Below, piece by piece: positions 1-9,996 of a stretch of 64,000 nucleotides of DNA. The stretch covers positions 48,228 through 112,227 of the forward strand of contig CAYFXE010000001.1 of the NCBI GenBank assembly GCA_964347035.1, in the 5' to 3' direction. Both the position numbers and the translations under genes were made by a program. The notes beneath the pieces were generated by a model. That model had not been told where the DNA came from, did not search any database, and worked only from the letters and a program-made list of their open reading frames with translations. This DNA comes from an uncultured Eubacteriales bacterium (GTDB lineage: Bacteria > Acidobacteriota > Aminicenantia > Aminicenantales > Aminicenantaceae). How positions within the stretch are numbered: the first letter of the stretch is position 1; every line of letters starts with the position of its first letter.

Positions 1-841
1 AGGCCCAGCCGTGGATGCGGAAAACGTGGAAATGGCTGATTATCTCCTCAAGGCCCTCAAGGTTAATGAAACGGAGATACTGATCAATTCTGTCGGCTGT
101 CAGGAGTGTCGTCCCTCTTATCTTAAGGAGTTGAAAGAGGCGGCAGAGAAAAGGAGATCACTTCTTTGTGAGGATTGTCAGAGGAAGATTACGACCAACC
201 CGTTGAGGATATTCGACTGTAAGGTGGAAACTCGCCGAGAGACAGCCCGGGATTTCCCGATGATTATCGACTACCTCTGCTCGGAGTGCGAGGAACATTT
301 TGAAGAGTTCAAATCTCACCTGGATTCTTATCAGATCAATTTCATCATTGAGCCGCGCCTTGTCCGAGGGATTGACTACTATACGAAGACCACATTCGAG
401 ATCATCTCATCAAAGCTGGGAGCTCAGGATGCCATCCTCGGTGGCGGCCGGTATGACGATCTGATGAAGCTTTTTGGCGGCCCGGATATGTGTGCCATCG
501 GGTTTGCGGTCGGGATGGAAAGGCTTATCTCTCTTGTCCCCCACTCCAAAGTGAGCGAGAATTTTTTGTATTTGGCCTTCATGGGAGACGAAGCACAAAG
601 GCAAGGGATGGCCCTGGCCCGATTCCTTAGGCAGAATGACATCGAATGCTGGATGGAGTACAAAGAGCGAAGCTTGAGGAACCAGATGAGCCGGGCCAAC
701 AAGCTGGGGGCCAGCTGGGTGCTTATCGTCGGTGAGGAAGAAATCAAAAGCAGGAAGTACCAGCTGAAAAACATGTCCACCGGCAAACAAGTGGAGGTCA
801 GTCAAGAGGATATCATCAAAGTCATCCGTGAATTTTCCTAG
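1..841 (+). CDS. hisS: Histidyl-tRNA synthetase, C-terminal portion (5' end lies outside the window)
   Basis: Open reading frame runs from the window edge. The translation carries class II aaRS HisRS motifs (e.g. ...RGIDYYTKTTFEI..., ...GGGRYDDL...) and a C-terminal anticodon-binding domain. Confidence 0.85.
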   Translation, partial: GPAVDAENVEMADYLLKALKVNETEILINSVGCQECRPSYLKELKEAAEKRRSLLCEDCQRKITTNPLRIFDCKVETRRETARDFPMIIDYLCSECEEHFEEFKSHLDSYQINFIIEPRLVRGIDYYTKTTFEIISSKLGAQDAILGGGRYDDLMKLFGGPDMCAIGFAVGMERLISLVPHSKVSENFLYLAFMGDEAQRQGMALARFLRQNDIECWMEYKERSLRNQMSRANKLGASWVLIVGEEEIKSRKYQLKNMSTGKQVEVSQEDIIKVIREFS

Positions 842-873
842 AATTTTTCTTTTCTCATGAGAGGTAAAAGCGA

Positions 874-2640
874 ATGAAAGCTGAGAAACGACCAACCTGG
901 AAACGGACGATGTACTGCGGTGAGCTCCGCTCAGCTCATGTGGGTCAAGAAGTTATCCTCAAAGGATGGGCTCACAGACAAAGAGACCTGGGAAACTTAG
1001 TCTTTATCGACCTCAGGGATAGAGAAGGCCTGGTTCAAATCGTCGTTCCCTCCGGCAAGGCAGAGCTCTTAGAGAAAGCCAAGAAAATCAGGATGGAGAA
1101 CGTCCTCGCTGTCAAGGGAGTTGTCAAAGAGCGGGATTCAAAATCGAAGAATCCGAGTATGCCTACGGGAGAGGTCGAAGTGGTTGTCGACGACCTGAAA
1201 ATCTTGAGCACCGCCAAGGTTCCACCTTTCGTGATCGCCGATCCGCCCCAGGCCTCGGAGGAACTGCGTTTCAAGTACAGATACCTGGATATGAGACGTC
1301 CTACCCTGCAGCGGAATATCAAACTTCGCCACCAAGCGGCTCTCTGTGTGCGCAACTATATGAGCGAGAATGGTTTCTTGGAGATTGAAACACCCTTCCT
1401 CACCAAATCTACACCAGAAGGGGCGCGGGATTACCTCGTTCCCAGCCGGATGTACAAAGGTCGCTTTTACGCTCTTCCTCAATCTCCACAGATTTTCAAG
1501 CAGATTCTGATGATCGCCGGGTTTGACCGATATTTCCAGATCGTACGCTGCTTCCGTGACGAGGACCTGAGGGCTGACCGACAGCCTGAGTTTACCCAGA
1601 TCGACATCGAGATGAGCTTTGCTGAGGAGACGGATGTATTCGACCTCAACGAAGGGCTGATGGCCGCTGTTTTTCAGATTATCGGCGTGAAGGTGGAGAG
1701 GCCGTTTCCACGCTTAACCTACCAGGAAAGCATGGAACTATATGGCACAGATAAACCGGACCTACGCTTCGGGATGGAAATTCAAGACTTAACTGGAATC
1801 GCTCCCAGCCTTGATTCCGAGCTCATCAAGAAAGCCCTCTCAGAGGGTGGTGTCCTCAAGGGACTGGTTCTGGAGGGAGGCGGAGGATATTCGCGCAGTC
1901 ATTTGGATAATTTTAATAAAAAAGCCCAAGAGCTCGGGGGCAAAGGAGTCATCTGGATAAAGAAGCTTGAGGGATTCAAGTCTTCTCTAAAGATCGAGGA
2001 AGCGAGTCTGGGTCAAATCTGGACAGAACTCCAGGCCAAGGATGAGGATTTGGCTTTATTGGTAGCAGACGAGTGGGAAACAGCTGTGAAAGTTTTAGGA
2101 GAGCTAAGAAGAGACTTCTACCTGAACCAGGGAGAGGATGAGAACCTGTACAAATTTGCCTGGGTGACGGACTTTCCCCTTCTTGAATGGAGCGATGAGG
2201 AAGGACGCCTGGTCTCCATGCATCATCCTTTCACGTCTCCCCACGAGGAAGACCTTGAGTTTTTAGAAAAAGAGCCCCAAAAAGTCAGAGCCAAAGCCTA
2301 TGATTTGGTCCTTAACGGAGTTGAAATCGGGGGCGGGTCCATCCGGGTCCACGACCTTGATATTCAGAAGAGAGCGTTCAAAGTCCTCGGCTTATCCCAG
2401 GAAGAAGTTGAAGCCAAGTTCGGGTTTTTCCTAGAAGCCCTGGAGTTCGGTGTGCCTCCTCACGGCGGGATTGCTCTGGGGTTTGACCGAATCGTCATGA
2501 TTCTAGCTGGTGAGGAATCCATCCGGGAGGTCATTCCTTTTCCCAAGACGACAAGTGCCCTATGTCTTCTCACCGGCTCCCCCACAGCGGTTGACGATAA
2601 CCAGCTCGGGGAACTCGGATTAAAAAAGACAAAAGTATAG
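874..2640 (+). CDS. aspS: Aspartyl-tRNA synthetase
   Basis: 588 aa with an OB-fold N-terminus, class II core (FRDEDLRADRQPEFTQID) and GAD insertion, typical of bacterial AspRS. Sits directly after hisS, as is usual. Confidence 0.9.
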   Translation: MKAEKRPTWKRTMYCGELRSAHVGQEVILKGWAHRQRDLGNLVFIDLRDREGLVQIVVPSGKAELLEKAKKIRMENVLAVKGVVKERDSKSKNPSMPTGEVEVVVDDLKILSTAKVPPFVIADPPQASEELRFKYRYLDMRRPTLQRNIKLRHQAALCVRNYMSENGFLEIETPFLTKSTPEGARDYLVPSRMYKGRFYALPQSPQIFKQILMIAGFDRYFQIVRCFRDEDLRADRQPEFTQIDIEMSFAEETDVFDLNEGLMAAVFQIIGVKVERPFPRLTYQESMELYGTDKPDLRFGMEIQDLTGIAPSLDSELIKKALSEGGVLKGLVLEGGGGYSRSHLDNFNKKAQELGGKGVIWIKKLEGFKSSLKIEEASLGQIWTELQAKDEDLALLVADEWETAVKVLGELRRDFYLNQGEDENLYKFAWVTDFPLLEWSDEEGRLVSMHHPFTSPHEEDLEFLEKEPQKVRAKAYDLVLNGVEIGGGSIRVHDLDIQKRAFKVLGLSQEEVEAKFGFFLEALEFGVPPHGGIALGFDRIVMILAGEESIREVIPFPKTTSALCLLTGSPTAVDDNQLGELGLKKTKV

Positions 2641-2796
2641 ATCATCAATCTTTTGTAGATTTTAAAATTATTCAGAAGTAAAATATCTGGTGGAAAAGGG
2701 GATTTTCAGAGGCCAGGGAAATAAGAGTTGTTCTTATCTTCGTCTGTTGAGATGAGACAACCTGAATATAAACAATTTACGAAAGGAGGGACATTA

Positions 2797-4302
2797 ATGA
2801 AGAGAAAGATAGGAATTTGCTTTAAACTTGTTCTTTTCCTGACCGTCATCCTGATTCTCACCTCCTCCCTACTCGCTCAGACTTTCGAGGCGATCAAAAA
2901 CAAAATCAAGGTCCATACTTTGAAGAACGGGATGAAATTCATCGTGCTCGAACGACATGAAGCACCGGTCGTCTCTTTTCATGTCTATGCCGATGTCGGA
3001 AGCGCCAATGAGACTTATGGGATAACCGGGATTTCCCATCTTCTGGAACACATGGCTTTCAAAGGCACCAAGATTGTGGGGACAAAAGACTACGAAGCAG
3101 AGATGAAAGTGCTCGAAGAGCTGGACACCTTGTATGACCAGATAAAGAGGGAAGAGGACCAGGTCAAGCCTGATGCCCAGAAGCTCGAGGAGATGAAGAC
3201 AAGATTTGAGGAATTGCGCCTGAAGGCTAAAGAGTTCGTGGCGACCAATGAATTTATCGATCTGATGAGAAGACAAGGAGATCAACGAATCAACGCCTAC
3301 ACCAGCAATGATGCCACCCAATACATAGACAGCCTGCCTTCGAACAAACTGGAATACTGGATGGCCATGACTTCGGATCGCTTTCTCAATCCTGTTTTTC
3401 GGGAATTCTACAAGGAAAGAGATGTTGTCATGGAAGAGAGAAGACTCGGGTTAGAGACGAGGCCTATGGGAAAACTCATAGAAGATTTCTTTGCTACGGC
3501 TTTTAAAGCCCATCCCTATCACCATACGGTCATCGGTCATATGTCAGACTTGAGAAAAATTACCCGCCAGGATGTCGAGGATTATTTCAAGACATACTAT
3601 GGACCGAGCAATTTAACAGTGGGGATAGTCGGTGATGTTGCCGCCGACGAGGTCTTTAAACTGGCTGACATCTATTTTGAGCGGATTCCGAGCGGTCCGA
3701 AACCAGAGCCTGTCCGGACAGAAGAACCCGAGCAATGGGGAGAAAGGCATGTCACGGTTACGGCCAGATCCCAGCCCATCCTCGTCGTTGGGTATCACCG
3801 TCCGAACGCTCGCCACCAAGATAATGCTGCCCTGGAGGCCTTAGCCAATATCATAGGTCAGGGGCGGTCCTCCAGGTTGTATCAGGTGATGGTCAAGGAG
3901 AAGAAAGTCGCCATCCAAACCGGGAGTTTCAACGGATTTCCAGGGGATAAGTTTCCCAATCTCATTGCCTTTTATGCGGTCTCTTCCTGGGGGCATAAAT
4001 CGGATGAATGCCTGGAAGTTATAGACGCGGAGATAGAAAAGATAAAGAAAGAGCCTGTCACACCCGAGGAACTCACAAAGTTCAAGAGAAGTGCTATCAA
4101 GAACCTGTTGAACCAGATGATATCCAATTCCCGTATGGCTGCGTTACTCACCTATGCCGAGGTCGTTCTTGGAGGTTTGGACGAGGCGTTTGATCAGATC
4201 AAGCAGATCGAAGCCATCACTGCCGAAGATGTCATGAGAGTGGCTAATACCTATTTGGTCAAGAAGAAGAGGACGGTCGGTGAGATTATTCCTGGAAAAT
4301 GA
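2797..4302 (+). CDS. M16 family zinc peptidase (insulinase-like, catalytic subunit), secreted
   Basis: Inverted zinc motif HLLEHMAFKG (HxxEH). Signal peptide follows the Met at 2797, which is preceded by an aggaggg RBS; the ORF-track start at 2728 looks like a spurious extension. Confidence 0.8.
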   Translation: MKRKIGICFKLVLFLTVILILTSSLLAQTFEAIKNKIKVHTLKNGMKFIVLERHEAPVVSFHVYADVGSANETYGITGISHLLEHMAFKGTKIVGTKDYEAEMKVLEELDTLYDQIKREEDQVKPDAQKLEEMKTRFEELRLKAKEFVATNEFIDLMRRQGDQRINAYTSNDATQYIDSLPSNKLEYWMAMTSDRFLNPVFREFYKERDVVMEERRLGLETRPMGKLIEDFFATAFKAHPYHHTVIGHMSDLRKITRQDVEDYFKTYYGPSNLTVGIVGDVAADEVFKLADIYFERIPSGPKPEPVRTEEPEQWGERHVTVTARSQPILVVGYHRPNARHQDNAALEALANIIGQGRSSRLYQVMVKEKKVAIQTGSFNGFPGDKFPNLIAFYAVSSWGHKSDECLEVIDAEIEKIKKEPVTPEELTKFKRSAIKNLLNQMISNSRMAALLTYAEVVLGGLDEAFDQIKQIEAITAEDVMRVANTYLVKKKRTVGEIIPGK

Positions 4303-4323
4303 TCCAGGAGAAAGGAAGGAAAA

Positions 4324-5781
4324 ATGAGAGGACAAAAACATTTAATTAAGATTGCCTTTGTTTTCATCCTTCTTGGTATTTTTTGCTGGAGTGCTGTTTT
4401 TGCCCAGAAGGGCCCCAAGGATAAATTTGTCTTTGGCCCGCTGAGCCCGATCAAGATGCCCAAGATAGAGAAGTTCGAGTTGGCAAACGGACTAAAGATC
4501 TTCTTGGTCGAGGATCATGAATATCCCACCATTGATCTTCGGGCCATGGTCCGCGTTGGCTCTGTTTTTGAACCTGCCTCAAAAATTGGCTTGGCTTCCG
4601 TTTGTGGACAGGTTATCCGGACAGGAGGAACAACATCCATGTCGGGGGATGAGATCGACAAAGAACTGGAGACTATGGCCGCCACGATTTCGACGAGTAT
4701 AGGCAGGATGTCCGGGGTCATTAATGTTTCCGTTCTGAAGGAAGATATCGACAGAGCCTTAGAGATCCTGGCTGACATCCTGATCAACCCTACTTTTGCG
4801 GAGGATAAAATTAGATTGGCTACGATCCAGCAGAGAACGATGATAGCCCGGCGTAACGATGATATAGGGCAGATCACAAACAGGGAATTTCGGAAGCTGA
4901 TTTATGGGCAGGATAGTCCATATGCCCGTCATCCCGAGTATGCTACGATTGATTCTGTCACCAGACAAGACATTGTCGATTTTTACCAAAAATATTTCTA
5001 TCCGAACAATACGATTATGGCTGTCTGGGGAGATTTCGGGACTGAAGAGATGGTGGACAAGCTCAAAAAGAATCTGGAGCCCTGGAAACAGGTTGAGGTG
5101 AGTATCACCCCTCCACCCAAGATTGATTATGATTACCAGTTCAAGGTCAACTATATCGACAAGCCGGATGTCAACCAGTCGAACATCATGATCGGCCATA
5201 TCGGGGGAATGATGAACAACCCTGACTACCCTGCACTGAGTGTCATGAACAGCATTCTTTCTTTTGATCGGATGTTCAAGAAGATAAGGACAGACGAGGG
5301 TCTGGCCTACAGTGTCTGGGGATACTATGGGGCCTACTTCACTTATCCCGGGGTTTTTTCGAGTGGTGCTCAGACGAAATCAGAGTCAACTGTCTATGCT
5401 ATCGACTTGATGCTTAAAGAGATGAGGCGGATGACAGAAGAGGAAGTGAGCGATGAGGAGCTGGCCAAGGCGAAAGACCAGTACTTAAATACTTATGTCT
5501 TTAATTTTGATAGCAAGGCGAAAATCGTCAACCGGTTGATGACCTATGTCTTATTTGATTATCCACTTGATTTTATGGATCAGGTTAAAAAGGGAGTCGA
5601 AAAAGTTACCAAGAAGGATGTCTTCAGAGTGGCCAAGGAATACCTTCGACCCGATAAGGTTCAGATTCTGGTCGTCGGAAAACAGGAAGATTTTGATAAG
5701 CCTCTATCAACTTTAGGTGAGGTTAATACGATCGATATAGAAATTCCACCTGCGAAGCCAAAGAAGCCACAGAAGAAATAA
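4324..5781 (+). CDS. M16 family peptidase homolog lacking HxxEH (non-catalytic partner), secreted
   Basis: 485 aa with an N-terminal signal peptide and the M16 fold pattern but no HxxEH motif. Lies immediately downstream of the catalytic M16 gene, the classic two-gene arrangement. Confidence 0.7.
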   Translation: MRGQKHLIKIAFVFILLGIFCWSAVFAQKGPKDKFVFGPLSPIKMPKIEKFELANGLKIFLVEDHEYPTIDLRAMVRVGSVFEPASKIGLASVCGQVIRTGGTTSMSGDEIDKELETMAATISTSIGRMSGVINVSVLKEDIDRALEILADILINPTFAEDKIRLATIQQRTMIARRNDDIGQITNREFRKLIYGQDSPYARHPEYATIDSVTRQDIVDFYQKYFYPNNTIMAVWGDFGTEEMVDKLKKNLEPWKQVEVSITPPPKIDYDYQFKVNYIDKPDVNQSNIMIGHIGGMMNNPDYPALSVMNSILSFDRMFKKIRTDEGLAYSVWGYYGAYFTYPGVFSSGAQTKSESTVYAIDLMLKEMRRMTEEEVSDEELAKAKDQYLNTYVFNFDSKAKIVNRLMTYVLFDYPLDFMDQVKKGVEKVTKKDVFRVAKEYLRPDKVQILVVGKQEDFDKPLSTLGEVNTIDIEIPPAKPKKPQKK

Positions 5782-5784
5782 GGA

Positions 5785-6114
5785 TCACACCTGACATTGA
5801 CACTTTTTCTTGCGCAGAATTTCTACCTGTTCCTCTAGTGTGTCAATAAATTCACTCTGGCGTTCTGCGCCTAGTGCGAAGCGAGTATCTAGAGGAGTTC
5901 TGTGATTATATCCCCTTTGTATCATCTCTGATACGAGTGCTTGATGCCTCAGGTAAAGGGCCTTCAATCTGCCCTTCCACCTGAGTGTTTCTGGATGCTT
6001 GGAGAAGCCCTTTTTGTTTTGAGTGAGGATGTTCCAGAGAGCGTGGAGCTCGCTGTGTTCTCCGAGGAGATGCTGTCGGCAAAGCTTGGATGGGGAAATA
6101 TCCCAAATTCTCAT
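5785..6114 (-). CDS. Pyrimidine dimer DNA glycosylase (T4 endonuclease V / DenV family)
   Basis: N-terminus MRIWDISPSKLCRQHLLGEHSELH aligns with T4 endoV [25 protein letters not shown]. About 109 aa, within range for this small family. Confidence 0.65.
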   Translation of the reverse strand: MRIWDISPSKLCRQHLLGEHSELHALWNILTQNKKGFSKHPETLRWKGRLKALYLRHQALVSEMIQRGYNHRTPLDTRFALGAERQSEFIDTLEEQVEILRKKKCQCQV

Positions 6115-6323
6115 CCAGATCCTCTGTTCTCATTCAGTTTTATGTCAAGATCAGGACTGTAAAGATACACCCCTGTATCCTCGGCATCGTAGTAAAGGCC
6201 GATGGCTTTCACTTTGACACCGATTCCTGCTGCTTCAACCAGAAGGTTGTTGAGAAGAGGATCGGCGATGCGGCATTCTTGGGGATTTTGGATACTTAAG
6301 ACTCTTGTTCCGGGTTTTTTCAA
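6111..6323 (-). CDS. Hypothetical small protein (70 aa), possibly co-transcribed with the glycosylase
   Basis: ORF overlaps the downstream glycosylase start by 4 bp. No recognisable motif; included only for operon context. Confidence 0.25.
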   Translation of the reverse strand: MKKPGTRVLSIQNPQECRIADPLLNNLLVEAAGIGVKVKAIGLYYDAEDTGVYLYSPDLDIKLNENRGSG

Positions 6324-6335
6324 TTTCTAGAATAT

Positions 6336-8203
6336 CTATTTCTTTTTTAAGGACTTTAATGCTTCTTTTACTTCTTTTTCCTTTTCTCCTCCAAGATACA
6401 AATATCTTTCATAATGAGAGATGGCTTCCTTGATATATTTTTTATCCTGCAGGGATCTAGCTTGGTAGAGTTTTCCCAATTCATAATAGGGTTCGGGATC
6501 ACTGGCTTCTAATTCTATCGCGTTTTCATATTCTTTCAGTGCCAAGTCAGGTAAGCCTTTCTCGATGTATAACCTTCCCAAGAACTTGTGGCACCGAAAG
6601 GAAACAGGCCTACTCCGAACAACCAAAGATATCGAAAGTTGATTATCGGAGTTTCTTCTCTCTCCTTCGCTTTTTTTTCAGATTGAATCGCTCTTTTCCA
6701 TGCTGCCTCGGCATTATCTAAATCATTTAGTTCTTGGTAGGCACAACCCAGATTATAATGACCCATGGCATCTTCCGGGTGAATTTCGATGACTTTTTTA
6801 AAAGCTAAGATTGATTTTTTGAATTCTTTTTTCTTGAAGTATATCGTTCCCAAAGAATTATAGGCATCTAAAAAATAATTTCCTTCTTTTAATGCTGCCT
6901 CAAATGTCCATCGAGAAAGAGGAATTTGAGTCGGTTTTTGTTCTCTCTGCTCTTCCTTTCTCAAGATTTCTTGTTGTCTGTAAACAGGCATACTCCCGAA
7001 ATAACCCCTTCTCCTGAGGGCGATCAAGGCATGCCTTTCAGCCGATTTTAAAAAGTTGAGCCATGAATAGACCATGGCCGCATTAAAATTTATTATCGGC
7101 GACTCGGGATCGAGTTTTAACCCATGGCGGAATCTTGTTAGAGCCTGTTGAAATCTTCCCCTTCCGACAAATTCGAGACCGAGGTTATTGATATTATCCA
7201 GGACTGAGGACTTAGGATTCTTGAGTTGATACTGATATTCCATACCAGGATTATCTAAAAACTCTTTGGATAGTTCTATAATTTTGGGGCACTGCTCAGA
7301 TATTGATTCTTCATGCTCGGATGGATCGAGTTTTTTGAGACAGCAATCTGCATAGAGCTTCACTTCATCATTTTCGGGATCTATTTCTAGGATTCGCTTA
7401 AAGTATTCTGAAGCTTTTTCAAATTTGTTATAGTTGTAATTTATGCTTCCCAAGTTAAAAAGAGCATCTTGGAAGTTGGGATTGACTCTTAAAGCAGCCT
7501 CGAAGGATTCAATGGACCTACGTAAGAAGAAAAAATTCGATCCAGATTTCTCGTAATACCTCACTCCGTTTAAAACGAGGAATTCAGGTCGAGAACCATA
7601 TTCTTTAACAGCTTCGAATAAAACTGTTTCATGATCTGATTTTAATTGAAGTTCTGTCGCTGACTTTCTTTGGGAAAAATCAATATCTATCAACTGTGAA
7701 TAACATTTAACTGGATCATACTCTTTCTCCAGAGATCGTCTAAAATAGATTTTTGCCTTATCATACATCTCGATATTTTTAAAATACATACCTTGAATAA
7801 AGCAACCCAAACCGCCTATATGAGGATTGTCTTCTGTCAGTCTTCCAGATAGATCAAGCCTTTCTGGATATTCATTGGCTTCTTTTAGCTTATTCAACTT
7901 AGAGAGAATAAAAACTAAAAGATCATATGCATCCTCATTAGCCGGAAATAATGTCAGTTCTTCCTTAAGAAACTTCAGGGCATCATCAACCTTGCCCAGT
8001 TGAAAATAAGAGTATCCTAAATTTTTTCGTATATCTCTTTGGTTAGGTTTTTCTGTAAGGACTTTAAAGTAATTCTCAATAGCAAGCCGATATTCCATTA
8101 TGTCCAATAGGAGATCTGCTTCCTTGATAACCTCGTTTTGCTCTGGATGGGAAAATGAATAGAGTAAAAAGAGCGCGTGCATTAATGATATTGATTTTTT
8201 CAT
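6336..8203 (-). CDS. TPR-repeat protein; reading frame interrupted at a T8/A8 homopolymer (6670..6677)
   Basis: Two adjacent minus-strand ORFs (6536..8203 and 6336..6626) both encode TPR repeats. Adding one A in the A8 run joins them into one ~620 aa TPR protein (...SEKKSEGERRNSDNQLSISLVVRSRPVSFRCHKFLGRLYIEKG...). Confidence 0.6.
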
Positions 8204-8304
8204 TACTGCCTTTTCTGCTTCAAATTATATCACGAAGGTAGATATAGATTCGAAAGATGCTTATAATTTTATTTCCCATTCCATCCAGAGGAGTTTATGT
8301 CACC

Positions 8305-9984
8305 ATGAAAAAATTATTAAGATGCAGGACAACATTCATTTTTCTCTTTATTTTCATTGTTTTTTCTGCAGTTTTGGCTGATGCGAAGATAGATAAAGTC
8401 GATAAGCTCTTTGCTCAGTGGGATAAACCAGATTCGCCCGGATGCGCTTTAGCCGTCATCAAGGATGGACGCATCATCTACAAAAAGGGCTACGGCTCAG
8501 CTAACCTGGAACATGACATTCAGATCACCCCCGAGAGCGTTTTTTATATCGGCTCGGTTTCTAAGCAGTTCGTGGCTTTCTGCATTGCTCTGTTAGTCCA
8601 GAAAGGGGAGCTCTCGTTAGATGATGACATCCGTAAATATGTTCCCGAACTCCCCGATTATGGGACACCGATAACCATCCGCCATCTCATCTATCACACC
8701 AGCGGCCTTCGTGATTACCTCGAGTTAGAAGGGATCGCTGGCATTCCGATTGGGGCGTATCATGAACAGGATGTCATTGACCTGATTGCACGACAGAAGG
8801 AGTTGAATTTCAAGCCAGGTGAACAATATATGTATAGCAATTCGGGGTATTTTCTCCTGGCTGTGATCGTGAAAAAAGCCACTGGCAAATCTCTTCGCCA
8901 ATTCGCAGACGAGAATATTTTCAAACCCCTGGGAATGAAAAACTCCCATTTTCACGATGATTACCGAAGACTTATAAAGAACAGAGCTGCTGGCTATTTC
9001 CCGGCCGGGAAAGGGAAATTCCGCAACTTTGTCTCCACCTTTGACTGCGTCGGATCCGGTGGTTTGTTCACTTCGGTGGAGGATCTTTATCGCTGGGACC
9101 AAAACTTCTACAATAAAAAAGTCGGAGGCAAGGAAGTGTTTGATCTGATGTATACTCAGGGAATACTGAACAGCGGCCAGAAGCTCGATTATGCCTTTGC
9201 GCTCGTCGTAGGCGATTATAAGGGATTAACAACGGTTGGGCATGGAGGTGCTTTGGGAGGATATAGATCTGCGCTTCTCCGCTTCCCAGAACAACAATTT
9301 TCCGTGATCTGTCTTTCCAACCTGAGCAGCTTTAACCCGATGGGCATAGCCCGGAAAATCGCGGATATTTATTTAGACGACCGATTTAAGCAGGAATCGA
9401 AGTCCAAAGCCGGTTTGAAAGGTGAACCTCAATATATCAAACTCCCTGAGAAAAAACTCAAGGAGAAGGTGGGAGCTTATATCGACCGTAAAACAGACGA
9501 TATTAGGATCATCTCATTCAGGGATGGCCGGTTAGTCATAGAAGCTCTAGTTAGGGCGTTTCCTTTGAAACCTGTCAGCGAGACAGAATTCCATGTTGTG
9601 GAGGCAGCCATCAAGGCCGCGATCAAATTTGAAAGGCAGAAGGGAGACAAGCCGTTGCTATTGCACGTCTATCCTGAAGGTAATAAACCCGAGACCTACG
9701 AAGCGTTCGCGTGGGTTAAACCTTCGCTTGAACAACTCAAAGAATATGAAGGAGATTATTTCAGCGAGGAACTTCAGGTGACATTCAAAATTGCTATCAA
9801 AAAGGCAAAACTGCGTTTTATCCATCGAAACGCCCCCGTTCCTCCACTCCGCCCCACACTTCAGGACAAATTCACGGTCAGCCGTTTCAAGATCCGGTTC
9901 TCCCGTGACGAGGAAAAGAAAATCACAGGCTTCAGGCTGGATGCGGGACGGGTCAAAAATCTCCGCTTCGATAAGGAATCGTAA
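8305..9984 (+). CDS. Beta-lactamase-fold serine hydrolase (peptidase S12 / PBP-like) with a ~200 aa C-terminal extension; secreted
   Basis: Signal peptide. SxxK active-site motif (GSVSKQF), YxN-like motif (YSNSGY) and HGG (GHGGALGG). The in-frame ATG at 8305 follows agaggag; the 5' extension from 8257 overlaps the promoter -10 TGcTTATAAT. Confidence 0.8.
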   Translation: MKKLLRCRTTFIFLFIFIVFSAVLADAKIDKVDKLFAQWDKPDSPGCALAVIKDGRIIYKKGYGSANLEHDIQITPESVFYIGSVSKQFVAFCIALLVQKGELSLDDDIRKYVPELPDYGTPITIRHLIYHTSGLRDYLELEGIAGIPIGAYHEQDVIDLIARQKELNFKPGEQYMYSNSGYFLLAVIVKKATGKSLRQFADENIFKPLGMKNSHFHDDYRRLIKNRAAGYFPAGKGKFRNFVSTFDCVGSGGLFTSVEDLYRWDQNFYNKKVGGKEVFDLMYTQGILNSGQKLDYAFALVVGDYKGLTTVGHGGALGGYRSALLRFPEQQFSVICLSNLSSFNPMGIARKIADIYLDDRFKQESKSKAGLKGEPQYIKLPEKKLKEKVGAYIDRKTDDIRIISFRDGRLVIEALVRAFPLKPVSETEFHVVEAAIKAAIKFERQKGDKPLLLHVYPEGNKPETYEAFAWVKPSLEQLKEYEGDYFSEELQVTFKIAIKKAKLRFIHRNAPVPPLRPTLQDKFTVSRFKIRFSRDEEKKITGFRLDAGRVKNLRFDKES

Positions 9985-9996
9985 AGAACATTGCTT

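Noticed and set aside
410-895. Numerous antisense/overlapping ORFs inside confidently assigned genes (e.g. 410..895-, 1035..1355-, 2869..3321-, 11697..12290-, 44479..45033-, 56714..57403-)
   Set aside because: They lie entirely within, and opposite or out of frame to, strongly supported conserved genes and have no recognisable motifs. They are typical spurious ORFs.
6090-6299. Plus-strand 69 aa ORF overlapping the minus-strand small ORF upstream of the glycosylase
   Set aside because: It has no motif and no RBS. The minus-strand reading fits the local operon direction better. Neither is strongly supported.
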